Shown: positions 26,068 through 39,800 of the stretch, piece after piece
How the letters are laid out: each line of letters opens with the position of its first letter
Numbering within the stretch: the stretch's first letter is position 1
Source of the DNA: Octopus sinensis
Taxonomy: Eukaryota
Length of the DNA stretch: 64,000 bases
Direction of reading: 5' to 3'
Assembly (NCBI RefSeq): GCF_006345805.1
Contig: NC_043002.1
Coordinates: 5,952,001-6,016,000, forward strand
The notes under the pieces: model-generated
What the model was told of the DNA's origin: nothing
The model's input: only the letters and a program-made list of their open reading frames with translations
The model's database searches: none
Program-made: the position numbers and the translations under genes

Positions 26068-26310
26068 ACCTTTCTCTTTATAAACGTCCTATAAATTCCA
26101 CACAGTCTTGGTTTTATTGTCTCGTTTTATTTAACATATAAATGCTCACACAAGACCTACATTAGATTCCTCACTCGTATTATTATCGAACCAAGAGTCT
26201 AACTACGGTCCTCCTGTGGCACTTACATAGCCTTACCTGCCATTTTGGGTCTTCTGGATACCAATACCTCTCATGTAAGCTTATATATATATATAATTCT
26301 TATATTCGTT

Positions 26311-26662
26311 TCAGTCTTTTGACTGCGGTCATGCTTAGTCGAAGAAACCTTTGTAAACCTAGTCCTTATTCTATCGGCCTCTTGTGCCGAGCTACTAAGC
26401 TACGGGAACCTAGATACACCGGCATCGGTTGCCAAATGATGGTGGGGGAAAATACACGCACGCATACACACACACACGCACACACACGCACACACACACA
26501 TATACGATGGTCTTCTTTCAGTTTCCGTCTACTAAATCCACTCACAAGGCTTTGGTCGGCCCGAGGCTATAGTAGAAGACACTAGCCGAAGGTGCCACGC
26601 AGTGGGACTGAACCCGGAACCATGCGGTTGGGAAGCAAGTTTCTTAATACTCAGTCATGCCT
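26311..26662 (-). mobile_element. tRNA-headed SINE family C (CORE-like central segment)
   Basis: Reverse complement aggcatgactgagtattaagaaacttgcttcccaaccgcatggttccgggttcagtcccactgcgtggcacc...gtgtcttctactatagcctcgggccgacc; further copy at 45245-45580. Confidence 0.85.
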
Positions 26663-28978
26663 TCACCTATGTATACACACACACAAACATACATACACAC
26701 AAAACACATGATATACACAAGATTCTATATACATGCATAAATATATAACTATATCATGCCACCCGTTTTTCACTCCATGGTGAAATTGTAGGAGTCCCGT
26801 CATAACAGATGATGTAATTGTTGACACTTTTAGATTTGGCAAGGTCCACTCTTTTCCAGGTCTAAGCAGAATAGATTTGTATAAGGAAGGAAAGAGAAAG
26901 AGAGAAAAAGTAAGAGAACGAGAGGAATCAACCTCGGTACAGAATTGGTAATAATTCGGAGGAAGACAAATTGGCGCTCGGTAGAATTTGAACTTAGAGA
27001 ATAGGGAACCGGAGCTATTAACTACAAAGCAATCCATCCTACGCTGTAACCTGTCTCTCTCTATTTATCTATCTGTCGAGTGGTTGATTGTGTGGATTCT
27101 TTTATATTATTGCATGGTCATACGGTTATTCTGTAGAAGATGTGTGTTGTATTATTTTGTTGGGTGATTATTGTATGAAATATGTTTGGCGTGTTATACA
27201 GAACATGTACCATGCATACTGCTGAATTTATAGTGTCTTGCTCAGGGTACATGAATTTGTCTAGAAGCATTATTTTTTGGACTATGCGTAAAGTTGCTAT
27301 GATTTTTACCTTTACGTTCATATTCCAATGCTTCAGCTATTATTGGTCCTGTTTTTTACATTCGTAACCCTCATCATGTTTTTTCCCCTCATTTCAAGAT
27401 CCTTGTATTTCAATAGTTTCCCAACATCCTTCCGGGTTATTGTCGTCTTTGTTGTTGTTATTAATATTATTATTATTATTGAAATATTTTTATAGGTAAG
27501 AGGTATATATCGACGAACGGAGAATATGCCATTAATGATGTATTCTCTATTATTTTCTCTTTTCTATATTGGCATTCCTCCTTAAATTTCGCGTTCATTT
27601 TTTGTTTATCTTTCTTTCAATACATATACAGACACAAATGCATGCACACACGGAGTAATACATTTACACACAAGTACATGTACATAATAAGACATATACA
27701 TATAAAAATACATACATATATATATATATGAAATCCGAATACAAGATCCATCGAATGAAAATCTTAGAAATGTATATAAATGTGTAAAATGGATACAGCT
27801 ATACAACATCATAAGGACTATTAATATATAAAGGAAGACGAAAAAATGAATATTCATGGAATGTGTATATACGAGTAGGTATGTGTGTATGTGTATGCAT
27901 GCTTGTATGTACGTGAGTGTATATGTACGTATGCATGGATTATATATATATATACACACATACACACATACATATCTGTATGTGTGCACGCGTGTGTATG
28001 TATATGACCGTGCATTTACCTATCTATCATTATATATATAGTACCAGATATTTTGATAATATTCATATGTATGTGCATCTATGTATGTACATTTGTACAT
28101 ATATATATATATGTATGTATGTATGTATGTGTGTGCGGTGTGTGTGTGTGTGTGATGCACACGCAAATTTCTTTGTGTGTATATGTGTGTACAGATATGC
28201 ATGCATAGACATATGTAACAGAAAAACTACAGCACAAAAACAATATATTTAGGGATGGTGAAATGAACCCCACCCCACCAAAAACAAAAAAAAAGCAAGA
28301 GAAAGACTATATACACGTGTGTGTGTATAACTAGTCTTCTCCCCTCCATTTATGTATATGTATATATACATGTATGAATATATGTGTATATTTTTATGTA
28401 CATATACCACACACACACACTCACATACACGTATGAGTATGTGTGTGTATGTATATATAAAAAGGGAAGGAAGATAAAGAAGGGGGTGAAAATTAGGATT
28501 AGGACCAGAAAGAGGAAAAAAATGGCGGAGGGTCGATGGCAAAAAAACGGGGACAAGATCCAAAGTACAAAACAGGAAATGAATCTCAATAAGTAGAAAT
28601 GAGAATATGGAAGTGAAAGAGTTAATATGGACGCAACTTATATGTATGTGCATGTGTGTGTATGGGTGTGTGTTGATGCGTGTATGGGTTTGTGTGTATA
28701 TGTGTGTGTGTGAGAATGTGTGTGTGTGTGTGTGTGTGTGAGTGGGCGTGTGTTTGTGTGTGTGTAGGTGTGTGAGTGGTGTGGGTGCGTGTATGAGTGT
28801 GTGTAGGCGTGTGTGAGTGAGCATGTGCATATTAGACATATGTATTGCATATATATGTCTTATACATTTGTATTATATATATATATATACATACATACAT
28901 ATATATGTGTGTGTGTGTATATGTGTATATGTATATGTATGTATATATAAGCATATATCTATTACATATATATATATA

Positions 28979-29021
<43 letters not shown>

Positions 29022-29469
29022 ATATATATATATATGTATATGGATTTATACATGAATTGGAGTGTGTCACTGTGTTATGTGTGCGTGTGCATATATACAT
29101 AGGCGTAAGGAAACGAACAGAGAATGGTAAAAATATCACATCATCAAATACGACAAAATTTACAAATTAACAAATATAAAATTATACCTCGTCATTGCTT
29201 AAGTGCCTCTCTCTCTTACTCTTACACGCACTCTCTCCCATTGTCTCTCACTGTCTCCCACTCTCACTTTTTCCTAATATCATTCGACTGACCGATCAGT
29301 AAACCTCTCTTGTAACAACAACAATAGCAATAACAACAGTATTAGAATATATTTTCTTTATCTTGTATGTAGGTGAGTGTCTATTTGTGGTTTGATTTTT
29401 TGGATTTTATTTTTTATTTTTCTCGTTCTTTTCTCCTCCTACTGATTTTACTTCTCCCTTCTTCCTCAT

Positions 29470-29695
29470 TGTTGTTGACGTTTTTGTTGTTGTTGTTGTT
29501 GTTGTTGTTCTTCTTCTTCTTCTTCTTCTTCTTCTTCTTCTTCTTCTTCTTCTTCTTCTTTGTTCTTTTTGTCGTAACCGTTTCCTTTTTAGAATCTTGG
29601 AGGAAGCCATAAAACTGAAGAGAAGGAACTTACTCTTAGTTGAGCAACAGAAGCAAAGTAAGGGCCGGGTGTGAGAGAAAAAATAATAACAACAC

Positions 29696-29728
<33 letters not shown>

Positions 29729-29730
29729 CG

Positions 29731-29780
<50 letters not shown>

Positions 29781-30219
29781 AAATAAAAAAAACAAACAAC
29801 ACCAAAACAAAAATAACAAAGAAACAACACCACAACAACAACAATAAGCAAACATCTGCGACGACGACAATAGCGGCACAAAAACAAACAAAAAGCAAAA
29901 CAAAACAATTTCAGTATTGAGAAAAGTTAACATCAATATTATCCTATAAAATAACAATAATAACGGGAACAACGTTTTAACGTCAACAATAACGGCAACA
30001 ACAACAGTAAGAACATTGTAAAAACTGGAAGCAGGAACATACAGTGAAGTTTTTATTTTTTTTTACGAATGAAACAGATGATAAGATATATTTTATTGGT
30101 CGTAGACGATGATGATGATGATGATGATGAGGCCGATGGTGATGATGATGAAGATGCTGTTGATGGTGGCAATAATGTTGTTGGTGGCGATGATACTGGT
30201 AACGAAGGTGGTGATGACT

Positions 30220-30269
<50 letters not shown>

Positions 30270-30350
30270 GGTTGTAGTGATCTTGATTGTTATGGTTATG
30301 TTTGTTGCGATGGCGGTTGTGATGATGATGATGATGATGGCATTGATGAT
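29470..30350. repeat. Cluster of trinucleotide repeats (GTT, CTT, ACA, ACT, GAT)
   Basis: Direct reading; the poly-F, poly-V, poly-D and poly-M ORFs here are artefacts. Confidence 0.95.
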
Positions 30351-31098
30351 TAAGTTAGGAGAAAAAAAGAGAAGAGGAGGAGAAAGAGGAAGGGGAAGAG
30401 GAGGAAGAAGAGGAACAGAAGAGGTAGGAGAAAGAAAAGATGATGATGGTGACGCTTTGTTGAATCACCCCCCCCCCCAAAAAAAAAGAAGAAAAAAGTC
30501 ACCAAAGCCAACTAGGCAATCCGAGCCAACGAGGTAGATATTTTACATGGTTGTTCGATTTGTCAATTCATCCTCAAACGATACCTTAATACCCTGATAG
30601 AAAAAATTCGTTATAATAATGTTATGTAGGGTACGCCATTTCTGAAAGGTGGCGAAATTTCTAGATCATTAAAGTGTTTGGTAAATTTCCTCGAAGTAGT
30701 TGTCGCAACTTACTTCACTCTAAGTTCGTTTGCCATCGAGGTTAACTTTGCCCTTCATCCACTCAGGATGTTACAGATTGGAGAAACTGCTAGAGGACCT
30801 GACGATCTGTCTTGTGGTATTTGTTCTTGCTCTTTGTGTTCTTAGGATAATCATCGGTGATTTGGAGAGGAAACTTGCATGCGTGAGAAACTGCTCGACT
30901 TCCTAAAAATCTTACCCTAAGTCCACACATATATGTGCGGATGTATGGTCAACTTTGACCGATGGAACACACACACACACACACACACACACAGGCACAA
31001 GCATACACACATACACACAGACGCAAACATACACACACAGACGCAGTCACACACACGCACACAGACGCACACACTCACACACACGAATGATATTCAGA

Positions 31099-31333
31099 GC
31101 GGCGAGCTGGCAGAAACGTTAGCACGCCGGGCGAAATGCGTAGCCGTATTTCATCTGCCGCGACGTTCTGAGTTCAAATTCCGTAGAAGTCGACTTTGTC
31201 TTTCATCCTTTCGGGGTCGATAAATTAAGTACCAGTTACGCACTGGGGTCGACATAATCGACTTAATCCGTTTGCCTGTCCTTGTTTGTCCCTTTTGTGT
31301 TTAGCCCCTTGTGGGTAGTAAAGAAATAGGTAT
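31099..31333 (+). mobile_element. Full-length SINE family A
   Basis: gcggcgagctggcagaaacgttagcacgccgggcg...gtgggtagtaaagaaataggtat; lies about 140 bp upstream of the kinase exon. Confidence 0.92.
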
Positions 31334-31383
31334 ATGAGGTGTGCAGTACCCTGTTCTCACAGTCACAGGTTCTCATATGATGA

Positions 31384-31707
<324 letters not shown>

Positions 31708-33346
31708 TGAATATCTATATATTCAGTAGTGGAAAACTATGGAAAGAGGTTGGATGCGTTGTACTTATTTTTAGTGTGATTGATTTAAACCTCTTCCATT
31801 CCCATAGAGTGTCTTTAGTGATGTCTACTCTGCTGCAAGCATTTGGATTAAGTCTCAAGTCTAAGGACATTATATTCTGAGGAAAGAAGTCATTGCCTTT
31901 GACTCTTTTACAGAAATTCCGGCGAGAGAGAGGAAGTTAACCTCACGCGGAGACCCGGCCCGAATCCTTCGAACAGAGTGAATTCGAGTAAAGGTGCCCG
32001 AAGTGTCAGATGGTGGTGTTAAACAGGGTGTTGTGCTAAGTCTTTCACCTCTGTAGGTCATGACGGGATTTGAACTCAGAACGCAAAATACCCTGAGCGA
32101 TGTACTGCAAAGCATCAGGTCCGATATTTTTACTGTCCCATTAATCCACCGCTTTGGATTAATTAGTACCTTTTTTTTATTGAACCCAAAAGGACGAAAG
32201 ATTAAGTTGACCTCGGCTGGGTTTGAACTCAGAACGCGGAGCCGTAATAAACGCTGTGAAGCTACCCGACCCTGTAATGATGGCCAATTCGCAGGGTTTC
32301 CATGAGTTGTAGTTTTTTCGATCATTTTCAGCCCGTCTCAGGGACCCAGCAAAAAAATCATAGATGATGCTTTTCCTCCGCCATCGAAACCGTAAAAACA
32401 AAACAAAACAGGGTAAGCTTAATATGAACGATTTTTGTATGAATTTATATATGAATGAATATATTTTGCTATTTTGAAGTTTTTAAGTTGTGCAGGAAAA
32501 CGATGCCAAATTATGTGACAGGGTATTTGGCCCCTCCCAATAAAAATATATATATAATCTAAAACTCTGAAATAAAATACATAAAGGAAATAATGTAAAA
32601 ATTAGAAACGAAATACATTAACAAAATAACATTAAAATTTTACATAAAATAAATGAATAACAAGTTAGAACCATGGGGACATTTTGTTTTCTAGACTTTT
32701 AGCTATCTTAATCCGTATGGTATAACAGCCTGGGACATGATTTACGATTCGATTTATTTTTAATACCCGAGAAGAAAACCTCAGCAAAGTATCAATAAAT
32801 AAATAAATAAATAAATAAAAATTAAAATATTAAAATAGATAAAAATAAATATCGAATTTTTCATTTGACTAACTCTGCTTTACATTAATTTTCTTTCAGA
32901 GAGAAAGTGAATCTAAATAAATAAAAGTAAAAAAAAACCAAAATAAAAACACACACGTATATTATTAATTATCTTTTTTGTCCATGTTTGTGCTTTTGCA
33001 AAAATATATATTTATCGCTAATACTGGGCGGTATCGCGGTATGATGGAACTTATTTCGATTTTGAAAGTGTTGAACTATTAAGAAGCAATTTTATCCTGG
33101 CGAGGATACGAAAATCTAATGCAATAACTTGTGTGAGCTTGCTTAACCAACAAGAAATAGTTGCCAGCTTTCGCTCTAATCATACTTTACCCTATCGCGA
33201 TGAACAAGGAAGGACATGTTAATTAGAGAAATTCAGATGCCATTGCGTAAAAACAGCTAGGCTCAGCTTGGAAGGCCTCTGATAAAAAGTATGCCTGAAA
33301 TGAGCTGTTTGATAGCGGACGCTAAATAGCAGCAGCAGCAGCAAGT

Positions 33347-33770
33347 GGAGGCGCAATGGCCCAGTGCTTAGGGCAGCGGACTCGCGGTCGGAGGATCGCA
33401 GTTTCGATTTCCAGACCGGGCGTTGTGTGTGTTTATTGAGCGAAAACACCTAAAACCCCACGAGGCTCCGGCAGGGGGTGGTGGCGACACCCTGTTGTAC
33501 TCTTTCGCCCCAACTTTCTCTCTTTCTTCCTGTTTCATTTCCCCGACTTCCTACGCAACCGCTGAGCCTGGAAGCGCATTCATCCATCCGTCGATGCTCT
33601 CGGTGTCGGAGGTTGACCTGCTTTCTCTTCTACGGGTATTACGCATAGCAAAGGACTACGTTTCGGACTTCTCCCATCTTGCGAGCTCTGGGACGAAGAC
33701 CGCTTCGCTCAACAGCAACAGCATCAACAGCAACAGCAGCAGCAACAACAACAACAGCAACATCAATCCA
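33347..33770 (+). mobile_element. SINE family B with (aac/agc)n tail
   Basis: ggaggcgcaatggcccagtgcttagggcagcggactcgcggtcggaggatcgcagtttcgatttcc head; matches 22912-23298. Confidence 0.9.
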
Positions 33771-34587
33771 GCAGCCGCTTGTCTGTTATGAATATTTTTA
33801 GTGTAATCATCTGGATAAATATTTAGTTTAATCATCTATTATAAATATTTATAGTTTAATCATATGGGCTCAGTAGCTTCAAGATATCGAATCACACCTT
33901 AATTGCCCTAATTATTCCTGAATTAGTCTTGTCGAGATACTAGTGTGTCCCTCTGCTAACCTATGGATCAATGTATTTCGTCATCGACGTTGTATCGGGC
34001 TCCTCGCATAAATATTTAATTCTCAACAAACCACTTCAATTACCTTTGAATGAGAGTCATACAAAGGAACTGCTAGCTTGGTTGCCGTTGTTTCGCTACA
34101 GGCCTTCTTTAGTTGATAAGATCAATGATCAAAGACTTCTAGCCATGACTGCCGCATCTCCTTTTATTTACGTAGATCACTTAAGGAACTAAGCTAACCA
34201 ATCTGTCTTTCCTTCATTAAGATACTATAGTATGCAGTGAAGGACTTTCGGTTGCTATTTCAAGCTGGTCGTGTAAACGCGTAGAGGTCTCCTTCGTTTC
34301 CCCCCCGTTTGCCTTTATAGGTCGTGAGTGAATTATATAATTGCCAATAAATTCGTCTGTTTTTTTGTGTTTAATATATTTATTTCATAAATCCGGATCG
34401 GAAGAAAACAATAAAAAGCAATGCCAGTATATTTTTCTAGAAGATGGATAATTCTATCATTTGCTATCAACAAAGCTAATTAAAATAAGTAAACTAATTC
34501 TATCATAAATGGCTATATATTCCATAGACAATTGTACTCTAGACGTGTTTGTCAAGCAGAATAAGTCAACGATATTGTGTGAGTGTG

Positions 34588-34620
34588 CAGGCATGACTGT
34601 GTGGTAAGAAGCTTGCTTCC
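34588..34620 (+). mobile_element. 5' 33 nt of a SINE family C head, cut by the adjacent LINE-like element
   Basis: caggcatgactgtgtggtaagaagcttgcttcc matches the family C head, then stops abruptly. Confidence 0.6.
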
Positions 34621-36600
34621 GGTCGTACGACGTGGTCGTGTTTTTTGTGTGCTCCATTTTTTAAAGATTGTTATCGTTGCTGTATTTGTTGAACTGTATT
34701 TATTTTTACTACCCCCCGGTATACCGGGAAATAGGAACTGTTTGATATATTTCTGTGGCCATTGTGGCATAGCTTTTTTTTTTTTTAATTTTGTGTTTTA
34801 AGTCGTTTTAGACTTTGTTTTCGTGGATAATTTATTATAGGCTTCCACTTTAAGTGGAAGCAATATCTTCTGTTGAACATTTTCCGTAAACTTTGAAAAG
34901 CCGTTGTAGAATTTATATCTACATTGAATTAATTTCCACCGAATATGTTGGTCGTAATTATTAAAGAAAAATGCACACTCGAAGAGAGTGGTGTTAATGT
35001 TGGCGGAGGTGCCAACATTAACACTATAAAAAATTTTTCGGTAGTTGCCGCGGTGGCAACTGAAACTATTGATCTTCCAGTCGAAAAACTGAAGGAATAC
35101 TTCGAAAGAATGAAGGAGGATGACGGTGATATTAAGATATCACCCACCTCCAATGCAATAGAGACACAAAGAAAAACTGTTATATTTTTAAATCCTACTG
35201 TCTCGAGAACAAGCGGTTCAAACATTTCGAAAGGGACATAGTAGAAAAATGCCTAGCCCCTATATGGAAGGACATTGCATCTGTCACAAGGGGAAAGGCA
35301 TATACGACAATCGAAGTCAGGTTCGCAACCGAGAAGACCCACGAGTACTCTGTGATCCCCCTGAAAACAAAGGAGGTGGTGTTTCTACCAACCTACATGG
35401 GGAGGCGCACTTCCCGTGTAAAGGTGACAAAAGTGTCACCAGAAATAGACCCACGAGAAGTGATGGCTGCCCTGTTGTTCAGCAGGACGGAAACATTTTA
35501 CAGATAACATGCTCTGCTCCCCAGAACTGACTGGGACAAAGCATTTCAGCCATAATTCAGGGGGCACCGGAAGACATAGAAATGTTTCCAGAGTGGGTGC
35601 TCGTTATGAGTGTGGAAAGAAGAGCCACATTCGTTTGGATTGCGAAGAAAGGAAAAAGAGAGAGGAAAAAAGAAAAAGTGACAATCTTGCACAGACACGA
35701 GGCTCTACATCTGTGAAAAACAACCCCAATACCACACTCACACCAGTCCTCACAAAGACAAACACCCCACCCCTCTGTTGCGGTGCCGTCCCCCAAACAA
35801 ACCAACGAAAAAATCCAACCCCTGCACTCGCAAGTCTCTACAAAAATAACATTGCCCACCCCCTTGAAACCTGAGGCACCTGTTGTTGGTGAAAAGAACA
35901 CAACTCCCTCAGACAACACCATGGCGGTGGCTGAGGGAGAGTTCTCGACAGTTCGGAAACGGACACATACACCTTCCCCACGCACACCCCCCACAGGAAA
36001 CGCAGCATGTCACCACAAATTACCCCCCACAAAAAAAAACAAGAAAGGCCCCATCACCCGTGGAAAAGGAAGAGACGATACCCTTTTGGTAGAATATAAT
36101 ACCAAGGGTCTTTACATGGACGAGGTGATTACGAAACACCACACGGCAAAGTTTTACCCTCAACATAGGAGTATAAACGAAAGGTGTGCCTGGATAGGGG
36201 AAACCCTATTTAAGCAACCGAAGGATAGGCTTCCAAAGGCCATTAGGAGGATTTGGGATCTACCCAGTTACTTGAAGAAGGAGGAAAAGGAAGGGGCTGC
36301 CTCACGTGTGGTGAGGTCTAATCGAATGCCCCCCCACCCCAATTTTCGGGCCATGTGCCTAGAGTAGAAAAGAAAAAATAAAAGCCTCAGAAAGAGTCAA
36401 GATGACACGGTTTTATGAAATGGCTAGGTATTTTGAATTGCTGTATAATCAATCTGACGAATTTTCTCCCAATTTTCGCGTGGAACTTCGCTAGATTATA
36501 CGCTAACAATGCTGGAATAGATGGCAAACAAAACAACGTCGGATTGAAATTCACGAAGTAAAGAAACCTAACAATAAACACCGTTTATAATTTCTGCTAA
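34621..36600 (+). mobile_element. Non-LTR retrotransposon-like element with decayed ORF1 (gag-like) and no recognisable RT
   Basis: Frameshifted pieces QRKTVIFLNPT, IVEKCLAPIWKDIASVTRG...FLPTYMGRRTSRVKV and a zinc knuckle RYECGKKSHIRLDC (CX2CX4HX4C with the first C read as R, CGT), followed by a long P/T/K-rich ORF at 35783-36367. Confidence 0.55.
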
Positions 36601-37450
36601 TAAAGCTTCAGATAAATAAAATACTGGTTTCAAATTTTGGCACCCGACTAGAAGGTTCGGCGGGGGGAGGGATTAAGTCGTTGAGACAGATGCAAGTGCT
36701 CGACTGGTACTTATTTTAACGGCAATAAAAGGATGGAATTTGTACTCAGTACGTAAAGACGGACGAAATGCTGCCAAGGATTTTGTTATTACGTTCTGAG
36801 TTTATGCTTTTGCTCGCCGCCTCACATTAGGAAAATTTTAAGACAAAAACGAACAGCTGATAAGTGCAAACATATTTACATCGTTGTGAAGTTTACTTCA
36901 CAATCACGAAAATGTGCATTCGATTCTATTGAAATCGGTTTACAGAACGATAGAATAAACTATATCTATACACAGACATGCACGCGCGAGCACACACTCA
37001 AATATATATGTATGTATGTATATGTATATATATGGAGAATTCACGAAAAAAACAGATGGTGTAGAAAACAAGCAGATATATTAGTATAACGCTCAGGAAT
37101 TGAAAAAGTCTTTTACGTTTCGAGCCTACGCTCTTCCACAGAAAGGAACACAGAAAGAAACAAGGAGAGAAAAAATGTGTGTAGTGGCTACCGATCTATC
37201 ATACATGTATGTAGGTATGTGTGTATATGTGTATTTTTGTGACCGCGTGTGTACCGTTGGCGATTTTTTTTTACTCTGTCTTCCCTTCTCTGGATCTTTC
37301 CTTCTCCTATGTTTCCGACGAAGAGCTCCGCTCGGAACGTTAAACCCTCCTTCTTTCCTTCTTCCTGAGCGTCCAATAATACTATATTGTTCCACGTCCT
37401 CGCGTTCTTGTGTTTTTTTTTGTGCTTTCTTGTTTGGATTAACTTAAATT

Positions 37451-37517
<67 letters not shown>

Positions 37518-37923
37518 TTATATATATGCATATATATATATGTGTGTGTGTGTGGTGTGTGTGTGTGTGTGTGTGTGTATATGTCCTCATACAAGCATAG
37601 AATCGATACAGTCCATTTGAACTCAAAACGTATTTCATCGACTCTAAAATACTATTCATTACAAACGCGTTTATCGCAGTCAGTCCAGAGTAATGCAGCC
37701 AATTTAAACTAATTTGGCACTACCCATTCTGCCAGAAATAAATGAATTAGAAAATAACAACAATAACAAGAAGACGAACGACTGAACGAAACCGATCGGG
37801 TATTGGACACGGGCTGTATGATATACATCCAGATATTTGACAAGAAAAAAATTATTAAATATTATATATATATACATACACACACATTCATTAGAAATTT
37901 GTCACTTTCGGGCAAGAAAAAAT

Positions 37924-37962
<39 letters not shown>

Positions 37963-38739
37963 GTATATATGTATGTATATATATATATATACATATATGA
38001 ATTTGGAAAGAATTCTCTTATTCGCCAAAATTATTCTAAATGTTCCCCTGGGTATGACGTCAGTTGAAGAGAGAAATAACTATCTGTCAAACGCTACATT
38101 AATATTTGCATTGAAACTCTTTCTCTCTCTCTCCTAGTCTCTCTCCCTCTCTCTACACACACACTCTCTATTTCTCAGGCTTTGTTTTTGTCTCTTTCTG
38201 TCTTTTTCTTCCTCTCTCTCTCTATATATATTCCCCCCTCTCCGTTGCTCACTCTCTCCCTTTTTTTTTCCTCCACACCACTGACGAACAATGTAATTAG
38301 GAGTACTTGTGAGTTAGTTCAACGTCATTTTGGGAATGAGGGAGAGCAAGGTAGTGTAACAGAGATAGAGTAAAAGATTAATACAGAGAAAGAGAGAGAG
38401 AGAGAGAGAGAGTGAGAGAGTGAGGAGGTGAGAGAGAGAGAGAGAGTGAGAGAGAGTGAGGAGGTGAGAGAGAGAGAGAGAGAGAAGAGAATGAGACAGA
38501 GAGTGTGCATTTGCTATTAGTTGCAACGGTCGATTCCAGTGGTGGCCAGCAGCAGTAAACGCAATTATTATTTGCAGACTGATTTCAATAATAAACATAT
38601 AAACAAAACACACAAACACACATACATACATACATACATACATACATACATACATACATACATACATACATACATACATGCATGCATACATACATATATA
38701 TGTATACATACGTACATTCATATATATATATATATACAT

Positions 38740-38779
<40 letters not shown>

Positions 38780-39039
38780 ACACATGTATTGTATGCATGT
38801 ATGTGTAAGAATCTGCATATGTGTGTATGTGTATGTATGTGTGTGTGTGTGTGTGTGTGTGTTTTGCTAAATAATTATTAGCAGGGACATCTCCAGAGAA
38901 CAAAGGAATATAACGAATAGCGAGGGATCTCCACTCTGTATGAAGATTCCGTTCAACCGTGGCCGTTCAATTGTAGCTGTTTGACCTTGCCCCACCCCCC
39001 ACTTCACTCCGCCTCACCATCCTCCCTTTAAACCCAAAC

Positions 39040-39076
39040 CACAGCTACCACCACGACCACCACCACGAACCTCCAA

Positions 39077-39154
<78 letters not shown>

Positions 39155-39694
39155 AATAACAGCTACCTTATGCACGACAACTCTTCCACCACTCCCACTA
39201 ATAACACCCCTCCTACCACCACCACCACCACTAATACCATCGTTATTACTAAACCACAGCTAACATCATTATCTCACCCATCACTATCACTATTCGTACG
39301 ACGACCAGCGACAGCACAATCAGTTTCAGCAGCAACACCACCACCACCACCACCACCACCACCACTACCACCATCATCATTATGTTTCTCCTCTTTTCAC
39401 TATTTCTCCCTCCTCCTCCTCCTCATCATCATCATCATCTTCATCATCATCATCCCAAGCATAACTCCATCACTTCCAGCCCACATCTGCGCCACAAACA
39501 CCACCACCACCACCGCCACCACTGCCACCACCACTATCACCACCACCACCACCACCACCACCTATACCACCACCACCACCACCACCGCCACTATCACTAT
39601 CGTCACCACGAGCACCACCATCCTCCAGCATTATCTCTTCTCCCTTCTCAAAGTCAACTCTCACCGCCCCACCATCACGCTATGACGACGAGGA

Positions 39695-39726
<32 letters not shown>

Positions 39727-39800
39727 CCACCACCACCACCACTACCACTACCGCACCATCACCGTCACCGCCACGCTATTCCTACCCTACACCTCCATCT
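39040..39800. repeat. CAC/CTA/CTG/CAT/GAC trinucleotide-repeat mosaic
   Basis: Direct reading. Confidence 0.9.

Larger units (their letters stand above)
25819..26140. repeat. About 320-bp near-perfect palindrome (about 150-bp arms, 19-nt loop) with a hammerhead-like motif in each arm
   Basis: 25819-25969 is the reverse complement of 25989-26140 with few mismatches; related to the 5290-5440 sequence. Confidence 0.9.

Noticed and set aside
33347-33420. tRNA genes at the SINE heads (also 7995, 26590-26662, 42924)
   Set aside because: They have A/B-box-like motifs but no complete cloverleaf, and they continue directly into SINE bodies.
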